A DNA stretch of 24,100 bases, taken from positions 1 through 24,100 of the forward strand of contig JAPSGB010000057.1 in assembly GCA_035063585.1 (NCBI GenBank). Reading direction: 5' to 3'. The position numbers and the translations under genes were made by a program. The notes below the pieces were generated by a model. That model was not told where the DNA came from, ran no database searches, and worked only from the letters and a program-made list of their open reading frames with translations. The stretch comes from Polyangiaceae bacterium. GTDB lineage: Bacteria; Myxococcota_A; Polyangia; Polyangiales; Polyangiaceae. This document shows, piece by piece, positions 8,171-16,781 of the stretch. How positions within the stretch are numbered: position 1 is the stretch's first letter; each line of letters opens with the position of its first letter.

Positions 8171-8920
8171 ATGCGTCGCTTTGCGCTCAAGCACCTGTGC
8201 TCCGCGGCCCTGTTGACGTTTGGCGCGCTCGCGTCGACGTCGGGCTGTGTCGACAACGACACGATTTTGTTCATCCAAGGCGCCGTCTCGAGCGACTCGG
8301 CCGGGTGCACGCCCCAGGCGGACCCATCCAACATGTACCTGCCGTACGGGGTGCTCGATACGGCGCTCACCGGTAAGTACACGGCGTTCCTCCTGGTCGG
8401 GAGCCAGCTCGTCACGCGCGGCTCGCGCAACGAGATGCGAACCGAGCCGAACCGGGTCACGATCCGCGACGCGGTCGTGTCGCTGTCGGCGCCCGGGGGC
8501 GCGGGCGGAGAGTTCGCGTTCACCACCACCGCGACCGGCTTCATCGATCCGAGCTCGGGCGAGGCGCCGGGGTATGGGCTGGTGGCGGTCGATCTCATCC
8601 CCGGCGCGAGCAACGTCCAGCTCGGCGGTCAGCCGTTGACGGGCAACGGACAGGTGCTCGCGAGCGTGCGGGTCACCGGCGACACCATCGGCGGCACCTC
8701 CATCACCTCGAGCGAGTTCATCTTCCCGATCCAGATTTGCTCGGGCTGCCTGGTGAGCTTCCCGGCTGACGCGCTCAAGGATCCCACGGTCACGAACCGC
8801 TGCACCGGCGACCCGCCCACCGACAAGCCCTGTATCGTGGGTCAAGACGTCGCGGTGGACTGCAGGCTGTGCAGCGGCAATCCCGCTTGCGCGCCGCCGG
8901 CGTCGCTCTTGAACCCGTGA
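8171..8920 (+). CDS. hypothetical lipoprotein with Cys-rich C-terminus
   Basis: GAGG upstream. Signal ends ASTSG-C, then a beta-rich body and CSGC plus five more C-terminal Cys. Strong GC3 bias. Confidence 0.9.
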   Translation: MRRFALKHLCSAALLTFGALASTSGCVDNDTILFIQGAVSSDSAGCTPQADPSNMYLPYGVLDTALTGKYTAFLLVGSQLVTRGSRNEMRTEPNRVTIRDAVVSLSAPGGAGGEFAFTTTATGFIDPSSGEAPGYGLVAVDLIPGASNVQLGGQPLTGNGQVLASVRVTGDTIGGTSITSSEFIFPIQICSGCLVSFPADALKDPTVTNRCTGDPPTDKPCIVGQDVAVDCRLCSGNPACAPPASLLNP

Positions 8921-8950
8921 GCGCGCGGCGGATGGGCTAACCTCCGAGCG

Positions 8951-9517
8951 ATGCGCGTTGGATTGCTGCTCGGCGTGGCCGGTGCGCTGCTCCTGCTGAG
9001 CGGCGCGGCGCGCGCCGACCCGCAGTGGAACGCGAGCTTGCTCACCGGCGTGTGCGGACGAGGGGCGCGGCCTTCGTGGTGGCAGGACACCTGCTGGTAT
9101 AACGGGGTGAGGGGCGACCTGCTGCTCGGGCAGTCGCGCGACGCGGACGTCGGGGTGGGGCCGTTCGCTGCGGTGACGACCGCGGGCTTCGACGACCTTC
9201 GCCTCGAGGGCGGCGCGAGCGTGCTCTTGCCGGTGAGCGCGTTCGTGCCGGTGGGCCTCTCGGCCGGCGGCTACGCGCGCAAGAGCGAGTTTGGTTGGGA
9301 GCCCGGGCTCTCCGGGTGGATGTTCGTCGGCGCCCGCAGCTACAACTTCGACTCGAGCTACTCGATGGCCGGCGGGCTCTTGGTCGGCTTGCAGTATGGG
9401 CTCGGCGAGACGCGCGAGACGACCCTCGTCATCGGCGCGCAGCTCGACGCGCTCGCGATCGCGCTGCCGTTCTTGCTCGGCTATCAGTGGCTGCGCGGCC
9501 CGCCGAGCGACGACTGA
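8951..9517 (+). CDS. exported hypothetical protein, possibly an outer-membrane beta-barrel
   Basis: Signal peptide ending ARA-D. Gly/aromatic alternating strands and a hydrophobic C-terminal segment. Confidence 0.8.
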   Translation: MRVGLLLGVAGALLLLSGAARADPQWNASLLTGVCGRGARPSWWQDTCWYNGVRGDLLLGQSRDADVGVGPFAAVTTAGFDDLRLEGGASVLLPVSAFVPVGLSAGGYARKSEFGWEPGLSGWMFVGARSYNFDSSYSMAGGLLVGLQYGLGETRETTLVIGAQLDALAIALPFLLGYQWLRGPPSDD

Positions 9518-9526
9518 GCGGCGCGC

Positions 9527-9871
9527 TCACGGCTCGAGCGAGTCGGGATCGCGCGGGCTCATCGACGGCGGCGCCGGGGTCTCGGCGGCCTCGAGCGCGG
9601 CGTCGATGCGCTCGAGCAGCGAGGCGAACGCCTCCTTGGAGCGAGCCTCCACGCGCCGGCGCTGCGCGCGCTCTTCCTCGACGTCATTCGCGAGCGCGAG
9701 CGCGACCAGGAGCATGCTCTGCGGCGTGATGGCGCGGCCCGCGCCGACCAGCGCGCGGAGCCGCGCGTCCACGATGCCGGCAAGGTGACGCAGCTCGGCC
9801 TCATCGGCGGAGGCGACCACTCGGTAGCTCTGTCCGCCAACCCGCAGCTCGACCGGCGCGCGGTTCATCAC
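9527..9871 (-). CDS. zapA: cell division protein ZapA (start GTG 9871 or ATG 9868)
   Basis: VELRVGGQSYRV...ELRHLAGIVDARL...LLVALALANDV followed by a coiled coil, the ZapA pattern and size. Confidence 0.9.
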   Translation of the reverse strand: MMNRAPVELRVGGQSYRVVASADEAELRHLAGIVDARLRALVGAGRAITPQSMLLVALALANDVEEERAQRRRVEARSKEAFASLLERIDAALEAAETPAPPSMSPRDPDSLEP

Positions 9872-10063
9872 CACGCGAAGCTAGCACCCGGCCCCGCGCA
9901 TGGAAATGAGGTCGGGCTCACGCGGGGCAGAGACCGCGCAAGTGCGCGAGAAGGCGGCGCGGAGCGCCCCGCGAGGCGCGCGGCGTGGGGCGTCGAGAAC
10001 ACCGTTGACAAGAGTCGGGAGCTGTCGGGCGGGACTCGAAGGGGAAGTCGCGAGGGCCTCCGT

Positions 10064-10290
10064 CGGACGCGCTGCGCGTTCGAGCGCGGCGCGCGCGGCG
10101 CGCGCGGCGGCTCAGCGACGGAACCCGCGCGGCGCTGGAGCGCGCGGGACGACGAAACGCGCGCGGCGCTCGAGCGCGCGGGACGACGGCGCGCGCGGCG
10201 GCTCAGCGACGGGACGCGCGCTGCGCTCGAGCGCGCGGGACGACGACGCGCGCGGCGGCTCCGCGGCGGAACGCTCGCGGCGCTCAGCGA
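10064..10290. repeat. degenerate GC-rich tandem/mosaic repeat between zapA and the TetR 3' end
   Basis: GAGCGCGCGGGACGACG at 10138, 10172 and 10229. GCGCGCGGCGGCTC near 10100, 10191 and 10248. Confidence 0.75.
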
Positions 10291-10925
10291 AAGGCGCGAA
10301 CCAAGAGATCGGCGAGCTCGTCGCTCCGATGCGGCACGCCGTCGAGCGCGTCGAGCGCGACGTGCTCCGCGGCGGCGCTCATCGCGGAGACACGCTCGGC
10401 GCTGGCGCGCGCGCCAACCGCCGCGTCCGCGCGGGCTGCCTCGATGACCTCGGTGAGGAGCACGCGAAATGACTCACCGAGGTGCGACCGCGCGCGCGAA
10501 CCCTCCACCAGGCGCGGCATGAGGAGTGCGCGCGCCACGCGCGGGTGGCGCAGGAGCGCGGCGAGCCACGCGCGCGCGAGCTCGCGGAGCCGCTCGAGGG
10601 GGGTCCGGATGTCACCCAGCGCGCGGCGTACACGGAGCTCGACGTCGCCCGTCACGATCGCGGCCGCGGCGAGGAGCGCGGCGTCGAGATCCGCGAAGTG
10701 CGCGTAGAAGGTGTTGCGCCCGACGCCGGCGCGCCGGACGACGTCGGTCACGGTGGGCGCAGGGGGCGCGGCGGCGAACGCGGTGAGCGTCGCGAGGAGC
10801 AGGCGTTCACGCTGAGCGTGACAGCGCTCGTCGGCGCTCGCGGCGCGATCGTAACGACCGCGGGCAGGCGCACGCATCGGGGTGCCGCGAGCTGCGTTGG
10901 AGGCCGTCGGGGGCGCGTCGCCCAT
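10284..10925 (-). CDS. TetR/AcrR-family transcriptional regulator
   Basis: RERLLLA...TVTDVVRRAGVGRNTFYAHF HTH signature followed by a helical C-terminal domain. Confidence 0.9.
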   Translation of the reverse strand: MGDAPPTASNAARGTPMRAPARGRYDRAASADERCHAQRERLLLATLTAFAAAPPAPTVTDVVRRAGVGRNTFYAHFADLDAALLAAAAIVTGDVELRVRRALGDIRTPLERLRELARAWLAALLRHPRVARALLMPRLVEGSRARSHLGESFRVLLTEVIEAARADAAVGARASAERVSAMSAAAEHVALDALDGVPHRSDELADLLVRAFR

Positions 10926-10932
10926 GCTTCGA

Positions 10933-10954
10933 AGGATACTATGAGTATTCATAG
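10933..10954 (-). promoter_or_regulatory. putative TetR promoter: -10 TATCCT with adjacent palindrome CTATGA-GTAT-TCATAG
   Basis: The hexamer lies 7 nt before ATG 10925. A perfect 6-bp inverted repeat occupies 10939-10954. Confidence 0.55.
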
Positions 10955-11200
10955 CTCGTCGGACGATTTGTTTGAGGTGAAACACTTGTAAATGCAGCAT
11001 GTTAGAATAGAACTATGTGTTTTTATATTTGCGAAGGACCGGCGCGCGTCTTCGGGGCGGCGGCCGAGTGCGGCTTCACGAGGCCCTTGGGCGTCTCCCG
11101 AGCGGCGCGGGACATCACCGCCGGCGGGGAGGGTCTTGAAGCAGAGGCTCACGGGAGCTCTCCCGAGGAAGCTCGCAGGCACGCGCGCGGCGGGCGACAC

Positions 11201-11580
11201 TCGGAGGAAGGGTCAGGATGGGCTGGCGTGGATCCGAAGAGCCGCGCGAGCGTGGCCAGGTCGCGGCCGACGGTCGGAGGAAGGGTGCGGACTGGCCGGC
11301 GTGGACCCGAGGAGCCGCGCGAGCATGGCCGCGCCGCGGCCGACCGTCGGAGGAAGGTTGGGGGCGGGCCGGGGCCAAGCAAAGGGTGCTGGCGGGCGCG
11401 GAGTGGCCGCGCCTTCGGATTTCGAGGGCGGGCGGGCCGACAGTGGCGCCGATGCAGAGGGCAGACGTCCGCAGACGTGTTCCGCCCGCCGCGATTGGAC
11501 CGACCCGCTCGCGCGCGAGCTCGGGACGGCGCGCGGCATCCGCGCAGACGTGTTCCGCCGGCCGCGATTGGACCGACCCC
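11201..11580. repeat. two adjacent repeat families, both with 73-bp period
   Basis: TCGGAGGAAGG at 11201, 11274 and 11347 with similar intervening sequence. The 37-mer CGCAGACGTGTTCCGCCSGCCGCGATTGGACCGACCC at 11470 and 11543. Confidence 0.8.
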
Positions 11581-12072
11581 CTTCCTCGGGGCCGGAAGGA
11601 AGAGGCCGGCGAAAGCATCGGGACTCGTGGCATCCCCGGGGCGCTGGCCGGCCCTGCTCGCGGGGCGGTCCTCCCGACGTTCGGCTCGCAGCTTGTTTGC
11701 GCGCAATCGGGGGTGCGGACAGGTCATGCTCGCCGGGTGGTCCTCCGTCGGGTGCGCGGCACGTCCACGCCCGTTTGACCCGCGGATGGGGGGGAGCGGA
11801 GCAGCGCGGAGCGCGCGTGCCGTGCGGGCGACGTCGAGCAGTCGACCGAAGTGCTCGAGGACCGGAGCGGCGGGCGCGCGCCTGGGACGCCAGCGGAGGG
11901 GGCGGCGGGCGCCGCGTGTTCGGCGTCGAAGGTGGGCACCAGCCGCCGAGGTTCAGGGCGCGCTCAGCCCGTCCGCAGGAGGACCGCGCTGCGCCGGAGA
12001 GAGTGGTGGCGGGCGCGGTGGCCTTCTTGTTTCGCGCCGCCCGCCGCAGGCTGCTAGAACCGGCACGCCGCC

Positions 12073-13194
12073 ATGGCGCTGGACTTTCTCGATGAGGGGC
12101 TCGCGGAGCTCGAGCGGACGGGGCTCCTCCGCGTAGAGGCGCCGGTCGAGCTCGCCAGCGAGCTCATCGACGTCTGCAGCAACGACTACCTCGGCTATGG
12201 CCGGCGGACTGTTTCACGTGAAACGCTCCCCGAGGCGACCTCGGGCGCCGGCGCGTCGCGGCTCATTCACGGAAGCCGCGCCGAGCACCACGCGCTCGAA
12301 GGCGAGCTCGCGAGCTGGGTGGGGCTCCCCCGGGCTCTGCTCTTCTCGAGCGGTTACGCCGCGAACGTCGGGGTCATCACCGCGCTGGTTCGCCCGGGCG
12401 ATCTCGTCGCGAGCGACGCCCTCAACCACGCGTCCATCGTGGACGGCTCGCGACTCTCCCGCGCCGACCTCGCCATCTATCCCCATCTCGACCTCGCGGC
12501 GGCCGAGCAGGCCCTCTCGCGGCCTCGACCGAGCGGACGCCGCTGGCTGGTCACCGAGTCGTATTTCAGCATGGACGGCGACGCGCCCGACCTCCCGGCG
12601 CTCGCCGACCTCTGCCGCCGCACCGGGGCCGGGTTCATCGTCGATGAGGCGCACGCCCTCGGCGTCCACGGCCCGAGCGGCTCGGGCCTGTGCGCGGCCA
12701 CCGGCGTGGTTCCGGACGCCCTCATCGGCACGCTCGGCAAGGCCGTCGGCGCGCAGGGCGCGTTCGTCGCGGGCGCCGCGAACCTGCGCGCCTGGCTCTG
12801 GAACCGCGCGCGCTCCCTGGTCTTCTCTACGGCCGGCTCACCGCTGCTCGCCGCGCTGACGCTCGCGAACGTCCGGGAGGTTCGCCGCGACGATGCCGCC
12901 CGCGCGCACCTCCGCGCGCTCCACGACCGCTTCGTCGAAACGCTTGCCCCAGCGGACGTCGAGGTGCCTCCGCACCTCCCCGGCCCCATCGTTCCGATCC
13001 TCCTCGGCTCGAACGAGCGCGCGGTCCGCGTCGCCGAGCGGGTCCGCGCGCAGGGCTTCCTCGTCCAGCCGATCCGCCCGCCCACCGTCCCGCCCGGCAC
13101 CGCGCGACTCCGGCTCACCTTGCACGCCACCATGCCCGCCGAGCAGGTCACCGCGCTCGCACGCGCCATCGCACTCGCATGCGCCGCCTCGTAG
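12073..13194 (+). CDS. bioF: 8-amino-7-oxononanoate synthase
   Basis: SNDYLG, GAGASRL, SSGYAANVG, SDALNHASIVDG, ESYFSMDGD, DEAHALG, TLGKA (PLP Lys) and IRPPTVP motifs. Adjacent to bioD. Confidence 0.95.
   Translation: MALDFLDEGLAELERTGLLRVEAPVELASELIDVCSNDYLGYGRRTVSRETLPEATSGAGASRLIHGSRAEHHALEGELASWVGLPRALLFSSGYAANVGVITALVRPGDLVASDALNHASIVDGSRLSRADLAIYPHLDLAAAEQALSRPRPSGRRWLVTESYFSMDGDAPDLPALADLCRRTGAGFIVDEAHALGVHGPSGSGLCAATGVVPDALIGTLGKAVGAQGAFVAGAANLRAWLWNRARSLVFSTAGSPLLAALTLANVREVRRDDAARAHLRALHDRFVETLAPADVEVPPHLPGPIVPILLGSNERAVRVAERVRAQGFLVQPIRPPTVPPGTARLRLTLHATMPAEQVTALARAIALACAAS
12210..12225. promoter_or_regulatory. parS centromere-like site within bioF
   Basis: TGTTTCACGTGAAACG is a 15/16 match to the parS consensus TGTTTCACGTGAAACA, with a perfect 14-bp palindromic core. 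Confidence 0.8.
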
Positions 13195-13892
13195 TCCTCG
13201 GCACCGGCACCGGCGTCGGAAAGACCTGGGTGACCACCGCCCTCTGCCGCTCGCTCGCCCACCGCGACCCGCTCGAGCCTGTGCTCGCCGTGAAGCTCAT
13301 CGAGACCGGCTACGACCGCGCTCGACCGCCGCTCGACAGCGACGCCGCCGCGCTCGCGGCCGCTTGCCACCTCTGCCAGCCACCCGAACCCCACCCCTAC
13401 TACGCGTTCCCCGCGCCGGTCTCGCCCTTCCGCGCCGCCGGCCTCGCCGGGAAAACATTATATCTATCTGATATTGTTCAGTATTTTGAGTCGGCTCGGG
13501 CCGCCCTCGCGGCCGCTCGGGCGGATGGGGGTTGGTCCGTCGCGGAGACCGCCGGGGGCGTGTTCAGCCCCCTCACGAGCACCGAGACCAACTTCGAGCT
13601 CGCAGCTCTGCTCGCGCCGGCCGGGCTCTGGGCGCTCGTCGCGCCCGACGCCCTCGGGGTCATCCACGACGTCACCGCGACCCTCGAGGCGATGCGCGCG
13701 CGCGGCCGGACGCCGGACCTCGTCATCCTCAATCGCGCGCGTCCGGCCGACGCGAGCACCGGCGGGAACGCCGACGAGCTCCGGGCGCTCGGCGTCACCG
13801 TCCCCATCGCGCACACCGACGACCTCGCGAGCGTCGCGCCGCTCGCCGACACCGTGGCGCGTCTCGCGACCGCGCGCCGCGACGCCACGTGA
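13179..13892 (+). CDS. bioD: dethiobiotin synthase
   Basis: GTGTGVGKT P-loop, KLIETG, PVSP, ETAGG and LGVIHD motifs. The ATG overlaps the bioF 3' end. Confidence 0.93.
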   Translation: MRRLVVLGTGTGVGKTWVTTALCRSLAHRDPLEPVLAVKLIETGYDRARPPLDSDAAALAAACHLCQPPEPHPYYAFPAPVSPFRAAGLAGKTLYLSDIVQYFESARAALAAARADGGWSVAETAGGVFSPLTSTETNFELAALLAPAGLWALVAPDALGVIHDVTATLEAMRARGRTPDLVILNRARPADASTGGNADELRALGVTVPIAHTDDLASVAPLADTVARLATARRDAT

Positions 13893-13897
13893 CCGCG

Positions 13898-14548
13898 CTA
13901 GCCGCTCCGCGACACCACGCGTCCCGCCTCGAGCCGAACCCGCGCCCCCGCGAGGCGCTCGGCCCGCGCCGCGGAGTGGCTGACGACCACCACTACCGCG
14001 CCGCGCGCCGCCTCTTGCCGCACGATCTCCTCGAGCCGCTCGCCGCTCGCTGCGTCGAGCCCCGACCACGGCTCGTCGAGCAGCAGCACCGACGGCGAGT
14101 GCACCAGCGCGCGCGCGAGCGCCACCCTCTGCCGCTGGCCGCGCGAGAGCGTGCCCACCGCGCGCTCGGCGAGTGGCTCCGCGCCCACCCGCGCAGCCGT
14201 CCGCTCCCACGCCGCGCGCGGCTCGACCCCGTAGATCCGCGCGGCGAGCTCGACGTTCTGCCGCGCAGTGAGCTCCCGATACGCATGCGCGTCGTGGCTC
14301 ACCCAGCCGATCGCGGCACGCGCGCGCTCCGGCGAGTCGCCGAGCGGCGGGTACTCCACCGTGCCGCCATTCGGGCGGAGCGTGGTGCCGATGACCGCGA
14401 GCAGCGTGGACTTCCCCGCGCCGTTCGGCCCTTCGAGGAAGGTGATGGTCCCCGCCGGGAACGTCGCGCTCACGCTCCGGAGCGCCGGCGTGGCGCCGAA
14501 GAGCCGCGTCACCCCCTTCACGACGACCCGCTCGACGCGCTCCACCAC
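13898..14548 (-). CDS. ccmA: ABC transporter ATP-binding protein, CcmA-like
   Basis: GPNGAGKST Walker A, LSRGQRQR signature, LLLDEP Walker B and SH switch. IGWVSH...YRELTARQN and short length point to CcmA; the specific assignment is less certain. Confidence 0.7.
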   Translation of the reverse strand: MVERVERVVVKGVTRLFGATPALRSVSATFPAGTITFLEGPNGAGKSTLLAVIGTTLRPNGGTVEYPPLGDSPERARAAIGWVSHDAHAYRELTARQNVELAARIYGVEPRAAWERTAARVGAEPLAERAVGTLSRGQRQRVALARALVHSPSVLLLDEPWSGLDAASGERLEEIVRQEAARGAVVVVVSHSAARAERLAGARVRLEAGRVVSRSG

Positions 14549-14701
14549 CGCTCGATATCACGAACTCGCGACCGAGCGCGTTCGCCCCGGACGGCTCCCC
14601 GAGCCCCCCTGTGCCGTCCGTTCGACCGGGCGTCGTGGACGGGCCACAAACCCTATCGTTCCGGGCCGGTCCCACATCTATCGCATGCTACGATGCCCGC
14701 G

Positions 14702-15667
14702 ATGTCGTCCTCAGCCACCGTCCTCGACGCCGAGCCCTTCGAGCGCTTGGCCGAGCTCGGGCAGGCGGTCGAGTCGGCGCTCGAAGGCAAGCCCGCGGCG
14801 ATCGAGCTCGCGCTGGTCGCCCTGCTCGCCCGCGGTCACGTCCTCATCGAGGACGTCCCGGGTGTCGGCAAGACCACGCTCGCTCGCGCGCTCGCGAAGG
14901 CGGTCGGCGGCGAGCTCCGACGTGTTCAGTTCACGAGCGATCTGCTCCCGAGCGACGTCCTCGGCGTCTCGGTGTACGACCAGAAATCCGGCGAGTTCAA
15001 GCTCCGCCCGGGCCCCATCTTCACCAATATCCTCCTCGCCGACGAGATCAACCGTGCCAGCCCGCGCACCCAGTCGGCGCTGCTCGAGGCGATGAACGAC
15101 GGCCAGGTCTCGCTCGACGGCAAGACCCTCCCGCTCCCGGAGCCCTTCCTGGTGGTCGCCACCCAGAACCCGCAGGACTTCACCGGGACGTTCCCCCTCC
15201 CAGAGTCCCAGCTCGATCGCTTCATGGTGCGGATCCGGATCGGCTACCCGCCGCCCGCCGTGGAGACGCGGCTCATGCTCCAGCCCGATCTCGACCGCCT
15301 GGAAAACGTGCCGGCCGTGCTCGAGCCTCGCTCCCTCGTCGCGCTCCAGCGCCAGGTCGATCGCGTCGCTGTCGACGCGGCGCTCGGCGCCTACCTGCAG
15401 GCGCTCATCACCGCCACGCGCGCGAGCGCCTCCCTCGCGCTCGGTGCCTCGACTCGCGCGGGGATGAACCTCTCGCGCGCCGCCCGCGCTCGCGCGCTGC
15501 TTCGCGGCCGGCGCTACTGCATCGCCGACGACATACACGATCTCGCCGTCCCGCTCCTCGCGCACCGCGTCCGGCTGGCGGCGCACGCCGAGGGCTACGT
15601 CCCGACCCGCGAGGAGGCGGAGGCCGCCGTGCGCGACGTCGTCGCGCGCGTGCCGGTCCCGCTCTGA
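14702..15667 (+). CDS. moxR: MoxR-family AAA+ ATPase
   Basis: GHVLIEDVPGVGKT, RVQFTSDLLPSD, LLADEINRASPRTQSALLEAM, ATQNP and GTFPLPESQLDRF motifs. Confidence 0.95.
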   Translation: MSSSATVLDAEPFERLAELGQAVESALEGKPAAIELALVALLARGHVLIEDVPGVGKTTLARALAKAVGGELRRVQFTSDLLPSDVLGVSVYDQKSGEFKLRPGPIFTNILLADEINRASPRTQSALLEAMNDGQVSLDGKTLPLPEPFLVVATQNPQDFTGTFPLPESQLDRFMVRIRIGYPPPAVETRLMLQPDLDRLENVPAVLEPRSLVALQRQVDRVAVDAALGAYLQALITATRASASLALGASTRAGMNLSRAARARALLRGRRYCIADDIHDLAVPLLAHRVRLAAHAEGYVPTREEAEAAVRDVVARVPVPL

Positions 15668-15671
15668 GCAC

Positions 15672-16781
15672 TTGGCCCGCCTCGCGCGAGCCCGCCGCCC
15701 ATCGGACGCGGGCGCTGCGCCGAGCGCAGCGCCCGCTCCCCGCGCGCGCCGCTGGCTGCGCTTGCCCCGCAAGCTGAAGGTCACCCGAGAGGGCAAGTGG
15801 TTCATCGCCATCACGCTCGGCGTCGGTCTGGCCGCGATCAACACGGGCAACAACCTCCTCTACCTCCTACTCGGGATGCTGCTCTCGCTCATCATCGTCT
15901 CGAGCGTGATGAGCGAGCTCAGCCTCCGCAACCTCAGCGTCACCCGACGGCTCCCACCGCGCGCGCAGGTCGGGCGCCCGCACCTGGTCGAGATCGAGGT
16001 CTACAATCACAAGGCGCGGACGCCTTCCTATGCGATCGAGATCGAAGACCTTCGCGCCGGACAGCCCGCCGACAAGCGCTGCTTCTTCCTCAAGATCAGC
16101 CCGAAATCAGCGCAGGTCGCCGCCTACCGGCGCACTCCGGCGCGCCGCGGGCGCGATCGACACATCGGCTTTCGGGTGGCGACGCGGTTTCCCTTCGGCC
16201 TCTTCGAGAAGTCGCGCGAGCTGCTCGCCGACGGCGAGCTCATCATCTACCCCGCGATCGATCCGGTGAGGCTCCCGCCGGTCCAGCCCGGTCATCTCCA
16301 AGGGGGCGACGCCGCGCTCGGGCGCGGAAGCGGCGACGAGCTGGTCGGCGTGCGCCCCATGCGCGAAGGAGACGATCCGCGCGACATCTACTGGCGCAAG
16401 AGCACGCTCGAGCACGCCCGGGTGCTCATCGATCGGGGCCGCGAGACGCGCCGCGACGTCGACTACCCGCTCGACAACCTGCATCCTGGCGCTCAGCCGT
16501 CCGAAGAGTGGAGCGCGGCCTTCGAGCGCCGAATCCGTGATCTTGCCTCACTCGCGGTGGCGCACCTCCGGCGCGGCGACGCGGTCACCATTCGCACCAG
16601 CTCGCGCGAGAGAGTCCGCGCCGACACCACCGTAGGCGCCGACCCGCTCCTCCGCTTCCTCGCGCTCCTCGAGGCCGCGCCGAACGTGGTGGCCGCGCCC
16701 ACGCCGGAAGCCGCACCGAGCGCGAGCCGGCCGCCGGCCGCGCCGGCCCATCCCCACCCACTCCCCGGAGCATCGACGTGA
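15672..16781 (+). CDS. DUF58 domain membrane protein
   Basis: Two N-terminal TM helices with AAINTGNNLLYL, then TRFPFGLF and GVRPMREGDDPRDIYWRKS. Directly follows moxR. Confidence 0.9.
   Translation: MARLARARRPSDAGAAPSAAPAPRARRWLRLPRKLKVTREGKWFIAITLGVGLAAINTGNNLLYLLLGMLLSLIIVSSVMSELSLRNLSVTRRLPPRAQVGRPHLVEIEVYNHKARTPSYAIEIEDLRAGQPADKRCFFLKISPKSAQVAAYRRTPARRGRDRHIGFRVATRFPFGLFEKSRELLADGELIIYPAIDPVRLPPVQPGHLQGGDAALGRGSGDELVGVRPMREGDDPRDIYWRKSTLEHARVLIDRGRETRRDVDYPLDNLHPGAQPSEEWSAAFERRIRDLASLAVAHLRRGDAVTIRTSSRERVRADTTVGADPLLRFLALLEAAPNVVAAPTPEAAPSASRPPAAPAHPHPLPGAST

Noticed and set aside
10005..10010. Perfect TTGACA -35 box
   Set aside because: No -10-like hexamer at 16-18 bp and no plus-strand gene downstream.
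9517..10060. 6S RNA (ssrS) next to zapA
   Set aside because: zapA ends 9 nt from a convergent gene, leaving no room downstream. I could not see a 6S-like long hairpin with central bubble upstream.
10930..11035. oriC / DNA-unwinding element
   Set aside because: AT-rich, but I found no DnaA boxes (TTATCCACA-like) nearby and there is no dnaA or dnaN in the window.
11470..11580. CRISPR array (37-bp repeat, 36-bp spacer)
   Set aside because: Only two repeats, no cas genes in the window, no typical GAAAC/GAAAG-type end, and it is embedded among other repeats with the same period.
10992..12136. 367-aa and 373-aa ORFs in the TetR-bioF spacer
   Set aside because: Arg/Gly/Pro-rich, no codon bias or motifs, and they run through DNA repeats. 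Expected by chance at this GC content.
13452..13487. dif site or BirA/BioR operator in bioD
   Set aside because: No XerD arm (TTATGTTAAAT-like), no TGTMAAC-N14/16-GTTKACA arrangement and no TTATMKATAA match.
13532..14701. Long N-terminal extension of the MoxR ORF (711 aa call)
   Set aside because: Arg-rich shadow frame over bioD and antisense to the ABC ATPase. MoxR motifs begin only after ATG 14702.
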